This document shows positions 26,218-36,804 of a DNA stretch of 64,000 nt, in pieces. This stretch comes from a virus, in the IMG/VR virus record IMGVR_UViG_3300046533_000294, positions 63,386 through 127,385 of that record. One strand, 5' to 3'. The first letter of the stretch is position 1. Every line of letters begins with the position of its first letter. A program made the translations under genes and the position numbers. A model generated the notes under the pieces. It was not told the origin of the DNA. It did not search any database and saw nothing but the letters and a program-made list of their open reading frames with translations.

Positions 26218-28412
26218 TGGCCATTGTCACTGATCAGATGGTTATCCAGACCCGGTTGGAGGGAGCTACCTCCGTTGCTGCCGGGCTGGATGCCATCGCG
26301 ATCGCGGAAGGTAAAGTCGCTGTTGGCGCTGAGGCGGCTCAGGCAGGGCTAGCCAAGACACAGCGGAAGGGTTTTCTGCTCATGCAGACGCTCTTCACTG
26401 CTCGTCGCGTCTTGTACGGATTCTCTCTCGCTCTGGGAACTGCGGTGGCTGGAACGGTTGCCCTCGGATTCCAGTTCGACTCCTTCAAGCAGCAGAGCAC
26501 GCTCGCGTTCACGTCGCTGTTAGGAAACGCTCAGGCTGCCAAGGATGAGATCTCGCTCCTCTTCAATATCGCTGCGAAGACACCGTTCACGTTCCAGAAT
26601 GTCACGGCTACGGCTCGACAGTTCTTGGCGTTCGGATTCTCGTTGAAGCAGACCAATCAGTATCTCAATGTCCTGGGCGATACCGTGTCTGCGTTCGGAC
26701 TCAGCGGTGATCAGATCTCTCACCTGGCAGTTGTCTTCGGACAGATCCACCAGTCCGGTCGTTTGCTCGGCCAGGACATGAGGCAGCTGGAGCAGGCCGG
26801 CATCCCGGTCTTCCCGGCTCTGCGCAAGGAGCTGGGTCTAACCCAGGCACAGATCCAGGCGTTCATGAAGGGTCAGCTGATCATCCCGAGCCAGTACGGC
26901 ATCCCGGCCATCATGAAGTATCTCCAGCAGAGGTTTGGAGGCATGGCCGCGATTCAAGCCAAGACGTTCCAGGGCGAGGCGTCTACCTTCAAGGACTACC
27001 TGGGTCAACTGATGGGCACTTTGGAGGAGAGCCTATTCAATCGAGCCACCAAGTCCCTGGGAGGAGTCAACGACGCTCTCACCAAGTTGACTAAGACTGC
27101 ACAGACCAAGGGCTTCACAGCGTTCATCAGCCAGCTCGACGGCATGCTCGGCCTTGGAGGCAAACTCGTATTCGCGGTGAATACGTTGAAGGATGCGTTC
27201 ATCACCTTCTACCGCTACGAGCGCATGGTATGGGGAGTATCCAAAGACCTAGCAAACATCCTCATATATATGTTCGTGCCTCTTTATTTAGTGTTCAAAG
27301 CAGTCGAATGGCTTGTGAACAACGGGCTCGTCCCTCTCAAGTATGTTCTCTACGTTGTTCTTGGCTCTTTGGTTGCCTGGAAAATCGCCATGATTTATGT
27401 CAGGATCGCTACCCTTCTGTGGGCAGCGGCAACGGGCATTGCAACATTCGCAATGTGGCTCCAGCAAGCAGCCATTGTGGCTGTGTTCGTGGCGACGGAG
27501 TTTCTGAACGTCGCACGCAAGGATGGAATCGCCTACGCTCTCTACACGATGGCGGTCAACATAGGTCTGGTCGGCGCGTACGAAGCAGTCACAGCCGCCG
27601 CCTCTTCAGCCGCCGCCGCAACCTGGGCGTTCACCATCGCGCTGCTCTCTAACCCGATCACGTGGGTTGTTCTGGGGACAATCGCGCTGATCGCAGTCTT
27701 CACGATCTTGATGGTCAAGGTCAAGGCGTTTCGAGAGTTCATGCTGCACTACGGAGGATTCATCATGCTATGGATCCCTGGCCTCCAGATCGTCGGCACT
27801 GTCCTGCTCATCATCGGATACTTCAAGCAGCTACAGGATGCGTTCGGCGGCACTGTGGACTTCATGAAGAATCACTGGAAGGACTTCATCTTGTTCTTCC
27901 TGACCTTCGGTGTTGGCAACCTGCTATACCACTTCTGGGATCCAATCGTCACCAACTTGACCATAGCTGTGAACTGGATCAAGGGAATCTTCAACGATCT
28001 CTTCAGTTGGATCACGTCACATGCCAAGGACGCTCTCGATCCTCGCAACTGGATCCCATTCGGCCTCGGATCTCTAGTCGGTGGCAAGGGCAAAGTCGGT
28101 TTCAGTTGGAAGGATCTGCTCAAGATCGGCTTGCCAGGCCCGCTCTCTGGCATCTTTGCTGATGGTGGAGTCACTCCTCATCGAGGCTACGCAGTCGTAG
28201 GCGAGAAAGGCCCAGAGCTAGTCTGGTTGCCTGGTGGCTCTCACGTCCGGCCACTCGCGCCGGTTCCTGACACGGGCGCTTTCCAGCAGCTGCCCGCCGC
28301 AGGGCAGGCAGGGCCACGCGAGCTGACGATTCACGTTCCAGTCCACCTCAATGATGGCGTCCTTGGCAACACGTTCGCCAAGTTGATGCTTGACCAGATG
28401 GCGAGGGCATAG
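26217..28412 (+). CDS. tape measure protein
   Basis: 731 aa helical protein with a TMP core (AAKTPFTF, GRLLGQD.RQL) and hydrophobic segments. Confidence 0.9.
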   Translation: MAIVTDQMVIQTRLEGATSVAAGLDAIAIAEGKVAVGAEAAQAGLAKTQRKGFLLMQTLFTARRVLYGFSLALGTAVAGTVALGFQFDSFKQQSTLAFTSLLGNAQAAKDEISLLFNIAAKTPFTFQNVTATARQFLAFGFSLKQTNQYLNVLGDTVSAFGLSGDQISHLAVVFGQIHQSGRLLGQDMRQLEQAGIPVFPALRKELGLTQAQIQAFMKGQLIIPSQYGIPAIMKYLQQRFGGMAAIQAKTFQGEASTFKDYLGQLMGTLEESLFNRATKSLGGVNDALTKLTKTAQTKGFTAFISQLDGMLGLGGKLVFAVNTLKDAFITFYRYERMVWGVSKDLANILIYMFVPLYLVFKAVEWLVNNGLVPLKYVLYVVLGSLVAWKIAMIYVRIATLLWAAATGIATFAMWLQQAAIVAVFVATEFLNVARKDGIAYALYTMAVNIGLVGAYEAVTAAASSAAAATWAFTIALLSNPITWVVLGTIALIAVFTILMVKVKAFREFMLHYGGFIMLWIPGLQIVGTVLLIIGYFKQLQDAFGGTVDFMKNHWKDFILFFLTFGVGNLLYHFWDPIVTNLTIAVNWIKGIFNDLFSWITSHAKDALDPRNWIPFGLGSLVGGKGKVGFSWKDLLKIGLPGPLSGIFADGGVTPHRGYAVVGEKGPELVWLPGGSHVRPLAPVPDTGAFQQLPAAGQAGPRELTIHVPVHLNDGVLGNTFAKLMLDQMARA

Positions 28413-29137
28413 TGCCGACTCCGCAGCAATACGTTACGATCCGATCTGCTAGCGGTTCTGTCTCGGCTCTGCTGGACGATACAACGCCGACAATCACGGA
28501 TGGATACGGTGGCTGGCAGGAAGTACAGCGCGCTCGCCGAACGGCCTACGTTGATTGGCCTGGCAAGAATGCACTCAAGATGCAGATCGGCATTGTATTC
28601 GACGGTTTCCAGAACGACACCGACGTGTCGGGAAGAATCAAAACTCTGGAGAGCATGGCGCTTCCTGTCGATGGCACGCTCGCTCCTCCTCACGTCACAA
28701 TCGCGGGATTCGTTCCTCACACCGATCTCACCTGGGTGATCAGTTCGATCACTTGGGGCGAGTCTGACCGCAACGAGAAGGGCATCTTGATCAGACAGAA
28801 GATGACCATTCTTTTCTGGCAGTTCGTTCCTGAGGACATCATCGTGAAGTCGCTCGCCAGCCAGTCTCGAACGAAAGCCAAGTCCAAGAACACGGCCCAA
28901 GCGGGCAGCGCCAATCGCAAATTTACCCTTTCCACGTTCGGGTATCAGCCCGACTCCTCTACGACTGCTACCGCCACGACGCTCTACATTGCCAAGGCCG
29001 GAGACACATTGAACTCCATCGCAGCGAAGCAGCTTGGCGACTACAAACGGTGGACAGAAATCGCCGACTTGAACAACTTGACTAACCCATTCACTCCGTT
29101 CAAGGGCGGCGAGAAGATCAAGGTGCCGATCCGCTGA
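28412..29137 (+). CDS. LysM-domain baseplate/tail initiator protein
   Basis: C-terminal YIAKAGDTLNSIA...IADLNNL..P...GEKIKVP. Confidence 0.85.
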   Translation: MPTPQQYVTIRSASGSVSALLDDTTPTITDGYGGWQEVQRARRTAYVDWPGKNALKMQIGIVFDGFQNDTDVSGRIKTLESMALPVDGTLAPPHVTIAGFVPHTDLTWVISSITWGESDRNEKGILIRQKMTILFWQFVPEDIIVKSLASQSRTKAKSKNTAQAGSANRKFTLSTFGYQPDSSTTATATTLYIAKAGDTLNSIAAKQLGDYKRWTEIADLNNLTNPFTPFKGGEKIKVPIR

Positions 29138-31329
29138 TGCCTAAAAACGTCCCCATCACCCCCAACTCTCCGGTAGATCGCGGCGCAGGATCTAAGCCTG
29201 CTGACGGCTGGGGGATGGCCGCTGATCTCGGCGAGCTATGGGTTTGGGTCGAGGGCAACAAAATCGAGAACATCCGTGAACGAGTCATAGATGACGGCGC
29301 CAAAATCAATCTAACTATCGACGGCGCACATACTGTGAAGGTATCTCTGGATGACTACGATCGAAAGATCCTGCTGGGGAAGAACATCATCAGACACAAG
29401 TCACAGATCTTTGTCCAGAGTCGGTGGTGGACTCTTGTTCAAGGTAGCAAGAATGGCGACCAGCTCGATCTCACATTCGAGGACGCCCACACCGCCAATT
29501 TGCGCACGTACGGTAAGCTGCTCCTGCTCCCGAAAGCATGGGGTAGCCGTTGTCAGTTCGTCTGGCGCCTCGTTCTGGAGGCAGCCTCGACTGATAAGAG
29601 CCTCAACTATGAAGCTCCGTGCGCTGGTCAAAATATCCCACAGAAGTTGGTGGATTCCGTGCTAGGGCTTCAGCAACCAGTGTCTCCGTATATCCGCGAT
29701 CCTTTCGTTCATGCTAAGCCGAAGACCAAGGCTAATATCAAGATCAAGAGCGCCACTCCTAGCGCCCAACAGATCGACAACATCAACATCATCATGGATG
29801 TCTGTTCCAGCATGAACGTCCGGCGTAAGGTCGCAGTTGCCGTGATCATGATCGGGATCGAGGAGTCTAGTCTTCACAACTATGACTGGGATCAAGGCCC
29901 GACATCGGCAGCTCCAGGCCTCGATTCCGGTGGGCTCTTCCCAGCGGGCCTAGTCGGTCATCGAGGCATCTGGCAGCAAGATCCACGCTACTACCCAGCA
30001 AGCAGAGACGTCAGGAAAGACGCCATCGGCGCTACAGGGCAGCTCGATGGGAAGTACAAGAAGGGCGCGGTGACACTTGGGCACCAGTACGACCTGTCCT
30101 ATCCGAACATCTCCGTCAACGAGTTGGCCGACAAGATACAGAATGAAGAGGGTTACTGGTTTGGTGGAAAGGCAGGTCAGTATCGGATCGAGGCAGAGCG
30201 TATTGTTACGGCCTGGGGGTGGTCAGGCGGAGACATTCGGACGCAGCTGCCTGATCCCAAGACTACGGCGGATGCTACCAAGAACAGTGGCCAGGCCCCA
30301 ATCGCGATCCCTCCAGGATTCACGCCAACTACCACAGGCGGAGGTAACAATACTCAGTGGCACCGTGGAGCGCCCAAGGGCAAGAAGGGCGTTCGCCGGT
30401 TCGAGAACGAAAACAGTTGGTCATGCATTCAGCGGATGGCGAGCGAGGTCAACTGGTATACTTTCATGCTGGGTGACTATCTCGTATTCGCTCCAGGCGA
30501 CTGGCTCTTTGCCAAGAAAGTTGACTACATCTTCAAAGAGTTTGACAAGGGTGTCGGCTACATCGACTTCGACTACGACGTCAACAAGAAGAACGCCACG
30601 TGTACGATCCACACCAGGATCGAGGAGTGGCCGGTGGATCCAGGGAATGTCATCACGCTCGAAGATATGGGCATCGTAGACGGAAACTGGTTGGTGAGCG
30701 CGTACGAACGCAGCCTGTTCAGTCATGAGGTCACCGTCACCTGCGTCAAGCCCAAGCCCGCGTTCCCCGAGCCGAGCACCAAGAGCAACATCTTTACTCC
30801 TGGAGCCACTGGTGGAGAGATCAATCCTCCGGCCAAGAGCCCGGTTGTCAAAGAGGACATTCGTACCAAGATCGCTGCCTGGGCGCTCAGCGGAGCGAAA
30901 GGCCCGCCGCCGTTCTATGGTGACTATAGCGGTGGATATCGAGGCAAGATGGGGAACTGGCCGGAGCGGATGGACTGCTCCGACTTCGTGGCGCAGTGCT
31001 ACGCTTGGGGCGCCAACTTCGTCAAGAAGTACGACCCCAACCAAAACAACTGGGGCGACGGGAACACCGCAACTCTCTACGCTCATGGCAAGACGATACC
31101 GCTGGCCAACGCCCAGAAAGCCGACATCGTGATCTGGTCTGCTGGTCAGGCTGTAGGAGGCAGCGCTGAGCACGCAGCCATCTTCGTGGAGGACTGGCAC
31201 GGAGCAGATACTCAGATGGTTAGCCACGGCGGATCGACTCCAGGCCCAAACCAGCTAGGGTTCGGAGATGAGAACAAGTACCACGTTCTGCGTGGAGCTA
31301 ACCCGACGGTCAAGAACTACATCGACTAA
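29137..31329 (+). CDS. baseplate hub protein with lysozyme-like and NlpC/P60 hydrolase domains
   Basis: Hub-type N- and C-terminal segments; IGIEESS...GIWQQ insert; C-terminal DCSDFV...GNTATLY...HAAIF. Confidence 0.75.
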   Translation: MPKNVPITPNSPVDRGAGSKPADGWGMAADLGELWVWVEGNKIENIRERVIDDGAKINLTIDGAHTVKVSLDDYDRKILLGKNIIRHKSQIFVQSRWWTLVQGSKNGDQLDLTFEDAHTANLRTYGKLLLLPKAWGSRCQFVWRLVLEAASTDKSLNYEAPCAGQNIPQKLVDSVLGLQQPVSPYIRDPFVHAKPKTKANIKIKSATPSAQQIDNINIIMDVCSSMNVRRKVAVAVIMIGIEESSLHNYDWDQGPTSAAPGLDSGGLFPAGLVGHRGIWQQDPRYYPASRDVRKDAIGATGQLDGKYKKGAVTLGHQYDLSYPNISVNELADKIQNEEGYWFGGKAGQYRIEAERIVTAWGWSGGDIRTQLPDPKTTADATKNSGQAPIAIPPGFTPTTTGGGNNTQWHRGAPKGKKGVRRFENENSWSCIQRMASEVNWYTFMLGDYLVFAPGDWLFAKKVDYIFKEFDKGVGYIDFDYDVNKKNATCTIHTRIEEWPVDPGNVITLEDMGIVDGNWLVSAYERSLFSHEVTVTCVKPKPAFPEPSTKSNIFTPGATGGEINPPAKSPVVKEDIRTKIAAWALSGAKGPPPFYGDYSGGYRGKMGNWPERMDCSDFVAQCYAWGANFVKKYDPNQNNWGDGNTATLYAHGKTIPLANAQKADIVIWSAGQAVGGSAEHAAIFVEDWHGADTQMVSHGGSTPGPNQLGFGDENKYHVLRGANPTVKNYID

Positions 31330-32210
31330 TGCCACAGACCCAGCAACTTGCAGAACTGCTGAAGCCTGAGAACCAGGAGATCCTCGACTTCAGTGGCTCG
31401 TGGTATTCAGAAGTCGCAGCAGACGTTACTGACTTCAGTGACCCGATGTGGATCATCATTCCAGAGTTCGACAGCGCTCACGTCTGGGGGCCATGTATCT
31501 GGCAGAGCCGTGATGCTAACACGCTGCCTCAACAGGGTGATCTCGCGCTCGCCACTTTCGACAATCGCAGGAACATCTGGGTGCCAAGCTGGTGGCCCTT
31601 CACCGACAATACCAGTGCAGATGTCAAGCCACCGAAGACTAGCTCCAAATATCCGACTCCCAAGCCTCCGGCCGGTGGGATTCTCAAGTCTGTTGGCGGC
31701 CATCCAGTCGAGCAGCGGATTCAAAAAGGCGCAGGCCAAGGCGGGGGTGCAGGCATTACCGTTACGTCGTCTGTTCAGCGCGGCGTCATCCACGACACCG
31801 AGGGCGCTGGCGACTACAATGGACAGATCGAGTTCATGGCGTCGGCGTACTTCCCCAACTTTGCGATCGGGACAGACAACGGCCAGGTACGCATCACTCA
31901 GTTCGAGCCGATCGGAGTCTCGTCTGACGCGACGGCAGCTCATGACTTCGAGATCATGTGTCAGATCGAGATCATAGCGCCGAACGGAGCAGCGAACTAT
32001 ACGATTGGGCAGTGGCGTAGCTGGCTAACTCCGATCAAGGATGCGCTTCAAGGACTCATGGCTGCGAGCGGAGTGCCGATGACCTATCGTGGCGCTCCAG
32101 CGAATCGCGGACAGAACTGGGCTCAGTCTGGGTGGTTCGGACATATTGATGTTCCTGACAATGACCACACCGATCCGGGAACAGGTTTCCCATGGGGTGA
32201 TTATCTATGA
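31329..32210 (+). CDS. baseplate spike fused to an amidase_2-like domain
   Basis: OB-like IIIPEF...PQQGD.AL..FD; C-terminal VIHDTEG...GHIDVPDNDHTDPG zinc amidase motifs. Confidence 0.7.
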   Translation: MPQTQQLAELLKPENQEILDFSGSWYSEVAADVTDFSDPMWIIIPEFDSAHVWGPCIWQSRDANTLPQQGDLALATFDNRRNIWVPSWWPFTDNTSADVKPPKTSSKYPTPKPPAGGILKSVGGHPVEQRIQKGAGQGGGAGITVTSSVQRGVIHDTEGAGDYNGQIEFMASAYFPNFAIGTDNGQVRITQFEPIGVSSDATAAHDFEIMCQIEIIAPNGAANYTIGQWRSWLTPIKDALQGLMAASGVPMTYRGAPANRGQNWAQSGWFGHIDVPDNDHTDPGTGFPWGDYL

Positions 32211-32560
32211 GAAGCAGCGATGCGTTAACTCCTCACATCTCGATCCCGTTCACAATGATCGCATGGGGAGCTGGAGGGGTGGACGTGAATGAGCAGGACT
32301 CGCTCGATGACGTCTATGACTGCGTTCAAGCGGTCATTCGCTGCCCGGAGGGATACCGACCGGAACTGATGGCGTTTGGGATCACAGACCAGACGTTTTC
32401 CCAGAGCGAAATTGACCTAAGCGAGATCGCAGACAAGGTGCGAGTCTGGGAACCTCGGTCGGATGCCCTCTATTCCCAGTCCCTGAGCGGAATCACGCTG
32501 CTAGACGATCTTGTCAAAGTGAGAGTCGCTAGACTCCAGACCGGAGGATCCAGTGCCTAG
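32207..32560 (+). CDS. baseplate wedge protein (gp25/gpW-like)
   Basis: P.G.RPEL..FG...WEPR; position. Confidence 0.75.
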   Translation: MRSSDALTPHISIPFTMIAWGAGGVDVNEQDSLDDVYDCVQAVIRCPEGYRPELMAFGITDQTFSQSEIDLSEIADKVRVWEPRSDALYSQSLSGITLLDDLVKVRVARLQTGGSSA

Positions 32561-34031
32561 CTATCTCAGCCCACCAATTGAGACTGATCCGCAGATTCTC
32601 GCGCAGGATTGCTTTGATTTTCTCCAGACGGAATACCCTGGGTGGATTCCTGCCGAGGGCAACTTTGAAGTATGGCTGATCGAGGCGATGGCCCGAATGA
32701 TCGGGCAGCTACGAGACATCACTAGCCTCGTTCCTACCGCCATCTTCAAGTATTTCGGCAAGACATTGATGGGCATTCTTCCCATCGAGCCGTCGAACGC
32801 GAGCGGGACTAGCACCTGGACGATGATTGATGACTTGGGTTACACGATCCCTGCTGGGACTCAGCTCCAGATCCGTGACAGCGCCGGCAACTACTTCCCG
32901 TTCCAGACCAATGTTGATGTAGTTGTAGCTCCTGGCAGCACCGTTACGGATACGGGTGGCGTCTCTCTCACGGCCGTCTTCGAGGGTGCAGCCAGCTCGG
33001 GACTCAGTGGCGATGGCGAACTGCTAGACATCCTGCCCTTCATCGACAGCGTCACCATCGAGGGAGAGACGACGGGTGGACAGGACGGACAGACTGACGA
33101 CGAATACCTCAACCACCTAGTCGAGCAGCTACAGCTGATGGCGCCGCGTCCGATCCTCGCGCCGGATTTCGCCGCGATGGCTAAGAACATTGCTGGCGTT
33201 TGGCGCGCGGTCGCTATCGACGGGCTCATGCCCTCGGTGAATGAGGTACAGCGTGTTGCCATCGACGCTACCGGCGGAACGTTCACGCTGACCTTCGGCG
33301 GGCAAACGACAACGGCGCTCGCGTTCAACGTCACGGCGGCTGCTCTCCAATCGGCGCTAGCGGCTCTCTCCAGCATTGGCCCCAACAACGTCTCGGTAAC
33401 GGGTGGGCCCGGCAATGCCGGCGCAACGACTCCATATCTGGTCACGTTCCAGGGAACGTTGGGTGCCTCCAACGTAGCACAAATGACGTCGAACGGGACG
33501 CTGTTGACGGGTAGCCTCCATACCGTTACCGTGACGACTGTCCAGGCGGGAGCAGCTACACAGTACAACATCGAGCGGTATGTGACAGTCTTTCCGGTGG
33601 ACGAGTTCGGGCAGCCGGTTGCTGGCAACGTCAGGTTGACTCTAGCAGCCTACCTTGATAGTCTGCGTGAAGTCAACTTCGTTGTCCCGGTAGTCGATCC
33701 TCAATATCAGATGTTCGATGTCCAGACGACGATAGTTGCGTTGCCCGGTACGGACAAGGTCGCGCTCCAAGCAGCGGTGGTAGGATCACTTCAGACCTAC
33801 CTCGATCCTTCCAAGTGGGGAGTCCCTGCTTCCGACTCTCAGGAGTGGCAGAACGACACTCACCTACGCTACTTGGAAGTTGCTCAAGTCATCAACAACG
33901 TACTCGGTGTGAACTACATTGTCAGTTTGACAACGGCGATTCACAATGCATCGCCTAACGTCGTAGACATCACGATGCCAGGGGACGTAGCTCTGCCGCT
34001 TGCTGGCTCGATCGTGGTGACGGTGAACTAG
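32553..34031 (+). CDS. baseplate J-like protein
   Basis: IPAGTQL...FQT, GGQDGQTDDEY and GVWRA motifs. Confidence 0.85.
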   Translation: MPSYLSPPIETDPQILAQDCFDFLQTEYPGWIPAEGNFEVWLIEAMARMIGQLRDITSLVPTAIFKYFGKTLMGILPIEPSNASGTSTWTMIDDLGYTIPAGTQLQIRDSAGNYFPFQTNVDVVVAPGSTVTDTGGVSLTAVFEGAASSGLSGDGELLDILPFIDSVTIEGETTGGQDGQTDDEYLNHLVEQLQLMAPRPILAPDFAAMAKNIAGVWRAVAIDGLMPSVNEVQRVAIDATGGTFTLTFGGQTTTALAFNVTAAALQSALAALSSIGPNNVSVTGGPGNAGATTPYLVTFQGTLGASNVAQMTSNGTLLTGSLHTVTVTTVQAGAATQYNIERYVTVFPVDEFGQPVAGNVRLTLAAYLDSLREVNFVVPVVDPQYQMFDVQTTIVALPGTDKVALQAAVVGSLQTYLDPSKWGVPASDSQEWQNDTHLRYLEVAQVINNVLGVNYIVSLTTAIHNASPNVVDITMPGDVALPLAGSIVVTVN

Positions 34032-35581
34032 TGCCTCCGCCAGGCTCATCGCCAAGCACTCCCATCAGGGACAGCTTCAATCGAGCTGACTCTAGCTCGC
34101 TTGGATCGGCCTGGTCTTCTCCTGCGATCGGTTCCGGTGAGAGTTCTTGCCGCATCCTCAACAACCAGTGCCGACCTCAGGGACAGAGCGGGCCATCCTC
34201 TAGTTACTTGAACACGATCTTTGGCCCTACTCAAGAAGCATACTGCACGGGCCTGGGCAGCGGCAGCGTCGTTCAGGTGATCGTTGGCCTCACCGCCGTA
34301 GGGTATGCATATCGACTCGTGAATGACCAGCCGGCTGGGCAGATGCGCATAGTGAGATCTATCAACGGCAATGATACGACGGTCGCGAACTACACCACCG
34401 GCCAGGCTGCTCCTCCTGGAGGAGGCATGTGGTTGTACATGGAGCCGTTCGGCTCGAACGGGGTGACGCTCTACGCTTACCAGAGTGATGATGGGATCAC
34501 CTGGACGCAGGTGCTCCAGGTATCGGACACTGGCCTGGGATCAATCCCATCCGGTTATACGGGACTGCGACTGACGACTAACGGCCAGTGCGACAACTTC
34601 GGCGGCGGAACGGTAGGCGTTCAGGGGCAAGCGGTTCCAGCGGTAGCTACAGCAAGCTCGCTCCTAGCTACGGGCACCAAGAGTTTTGGTGGACAGGGAT
34701 CACCAGGCGTCGCAACAGCAGTCTCGCCAGGCGCGAATCCAAGGATGGCGCCGGTCACTGTTGCGGCGACTACGACGGCAGGAGCGTTGCCTGCTAAGAG
34801 CAAGATGGTGGTGAACACGACGTTCGGTGTTATTACGTCAGCGTCAGTATGTGCCACCGGATCTACCAGCGTTCCGGCCTATCCGCCAATTGCTCCTCCA
34901 ACGCCACCGCCACCGCCTCCGCCGCCAGATCCGCGAGACGTACCGGCGCTCGATGGGCCGTTCACCTATCTTATGTACAATGCTTTGCTCCCTCTCGCGT
35001 GGGCTGACGAGGATCTCGGCTGGCCAATGCTCAACTTCTTCAAGTCGATTGCTTACATCGTCCACGAGCCGTACGCGCTGGCCGTCGATCCGGGCTGGCA
35101 GCTCGTCGTGGACATCGACAACGTCCCATCGAAGTTTCTGGATTGGCTGGCACAGTTCGTTGGCATTCCAACGATCACGTTCCGCAATCTATCCAACGAC
35201 ATCAAGCGCGCCCAGATCGTAGATGCTCCAGGCTGGCATCGTGGAACGCGCGATCGAATGGTGAAGGCTGCTCAGTCCCAGCTCACCGGGAACAAGAACG
35301 TGTTTGTGTACGAGCGATATGACCCGAACTTCCCCGGACAGGATCGGGCATACCACATCACATTCATCACCTACGCGAGTGAGACACCAAACTCCGCAGC
35401 TCTACTGGCAGCACTGACGGCTGCTAAGCCGGGTGGGCTACAGATGACGCTGCTATCGAGAGCCGGACAGATTTGGATGTGGCTCCGAGATCACTATCCA
35501 CCAACAACCCAGCGGACATGGGCAAACGCTCGGTCAGACTATACTGACTGGGAACATGCACGTGACGTGACGTACTACTAG
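34031..35581 (+). CDS. lectin-like domain fused to a baseplate wedge (P2 gpI-like) protein
   Basis: N-terminus paralogous to 16980; poly-Pro linker; C-terminal P.KFLDWLAQFVG...RGT. Confidence 0.7.
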   Translation: MPPPGSSPSTPIRDSFNRADSSSLGSAWSSPAIGSGESSCRILNNQCRPQGQSGPSSSYLNTIFGPTQEAYCTGLGSGSVVQVIVGLTAVGYAYRLVNDQPAGQMRIVRSINGNDTTVANYTTGQAAPPGGGMWLYMEPFGSNGVTLYAYQSDDGITWTQVLQVSDTGLGSIPSGYTGLRLTTNGQCDNFGGGTVGVQGQAVPAVATASSLLATGTKSFGGQGSPGVATAVSPGANPRMAPVTVAATTTAGALPAKSKMVVNTTFGVITSASVCATGSTSVPAYPPIAPPTPPPPPPPPDPRDVPALDGPFTYLMYNALLPLAWADEDLGWPMLNFFKSIAYIVHEPYALAVDPGWQLVVDIDNVPSKFLDWLAQFVGIPTITFRNLSNDIKRAQIVDAPGWHRGTRDRMVKAAQSQLTGNKNVFVYERYDPNFPGQDRAYHITFITYASETPNSAALLAALTAAKPGGLQMTLLSRAGQIWMWLRDHYPPTTQRTWANARSDYTDWEHARDVTYY

Positions 35582-35589
35582 GAGGGACA

Positions 35590-36804
35590 GTGGGATCAGT
35601 TACAGCTCGACTCCAGCTGCCCTACCCCGCGCTGACTGACACGGCAGACGGGCCAGCGGCGTTCCAGGCGCTCGCGCTCGCGCTCGACAGAGCTGCCATC
35701 GATGATCAAGGTGCGTTCAGCGCGAGGCCGGTCAGCACGCCAGCTCAGCCAGGAATCAAAGGACGCTACTATTGGGCCACCGACCAGGGCATTCTCTACC
35801 GAGACAACGGTACGGGATACGACCCTGTCACGATCTCTGCTCCAGTAGATGGTGACTCAGATGTTCCAAGCCTGCGCACGATGGGATCGGGCAGCCACCA
35901 AGCCTGCGCAGGTGACGATCCTCGGCTGAGCGACCAGCGCGTTCCGCTCGACAACTCCGTCACTGGCGTGAAGGTTCATACGAGCCTGAAGCCGTCTGGT
36001 GGGGCCAGTGCCGCAACTGAGGCGCTGCGTGCTCTCGGCTCGGATGCCGGACTAGCAGCTCCTGGGATTCACGCCGCGTATCACCGGCCGTCGTTCAATG
36101 GCGGAGTCTCGCCGATCGACTACACCCTTGTCAATATGTTTGGCACCAAGAATCAGCGGGTGTTGCGCGACCCGGCGACGGCATCGAGTCTAACCTGGTA
36201 CGAGACAGACACCGGCGACTTCTACGGATCAGACGGCACGCAGTGGATCCGTATCATCCAGCATTCGATCCAAGGGCCAACGTATATGCCCATTGCCAAC
36301 TTCCCTCCAGCTGGGGCGACGGATGGGCAGGAGATCTATATTGTCATCAACTCTCGTACCGTCTGGCACGTTCGCTACGACGCGGCCGAGTCCTCCCAGT
36401 ACAAGTGGAAGTGCATTGGTCGGCAGGAGCCGATGTATGCTTCTGCCAGCGGAAGCATACCACTCCCGGCCAGCGCGCAAGCGGTAGCGCAGGTTCAGTT
36501 GCCGCGCTCAGGTGAGTATCGGTTGGACGCCGGTGGTGTCTTCGATCGAGCGGCGGCAGCGTCGGGTGGTTGTCACATCAACCTTGGAACGGGTATTGGT
36601 GGCATCCAGGGAGTCCAGGGGGAAGGTTGGCTGGATGCGACCGGCGGCCACACAGCGCAAACCGTTGAAGTGTCCAACGACTTCGCTGCGGCGGGCACTG
36701 GCCAGTCAGCAGCAGCCTACGCCTACGGAACCAACACCGATGGCACGAGCCCCGTCAACGTTATCAAGGCCTGGGTGAAGGCGTTTCCCATGAGGCTCTC
36801 GTGA
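35590..36804 (+). CDS. tail fibre protein
   Basis: T.RL.LPYP N-terminus, repeated YWATDQG/YETDTG motifs, follows the baseplate genes. Confidence 0.7.
   Translation: MGSVTARLQLPYPALTDTADGPAAFQALALALDRAAIDDQGAFSARPVSTPAQPGIKGRYYWATDQGILYRDNGTGYDPVTISAPVDGDSDVPSLRTMGSGSHQACAGDDPRLSDQRVPLDNSVTGVKVHTSLKPSGGASAATEALRALGSDAGLAAPGIHAAYHRPSFNGGVSPIDYTLVNMFGTKNQRVLRDPATASSLTWYETDTGDFYGSDGTQWIRIIQHSIQGPTYMPIANFPPAGATDGQEIYIVINSRTVWHVRYDAAESSQYKWKCIGRQEPMYASASGSIPLPASAQAVAQVQLPRSGEYRLDAGGVFDRAAAASGGCHINLGTGIGGIQGVQGEGWLDATGGHTAQTVEVSNDFAAAGTGQSAAAYAYGTNTDGTSPVNVIKAWVKAFPMRLS

Noticed and set aside
13726-32205. Recurrent GGGGGTGA before capsid, tube and other late genes
   Set aside because: Explained as an extended Shine-Dalgarno (GGAGGTGA with wobble), not a separate regulatory system.
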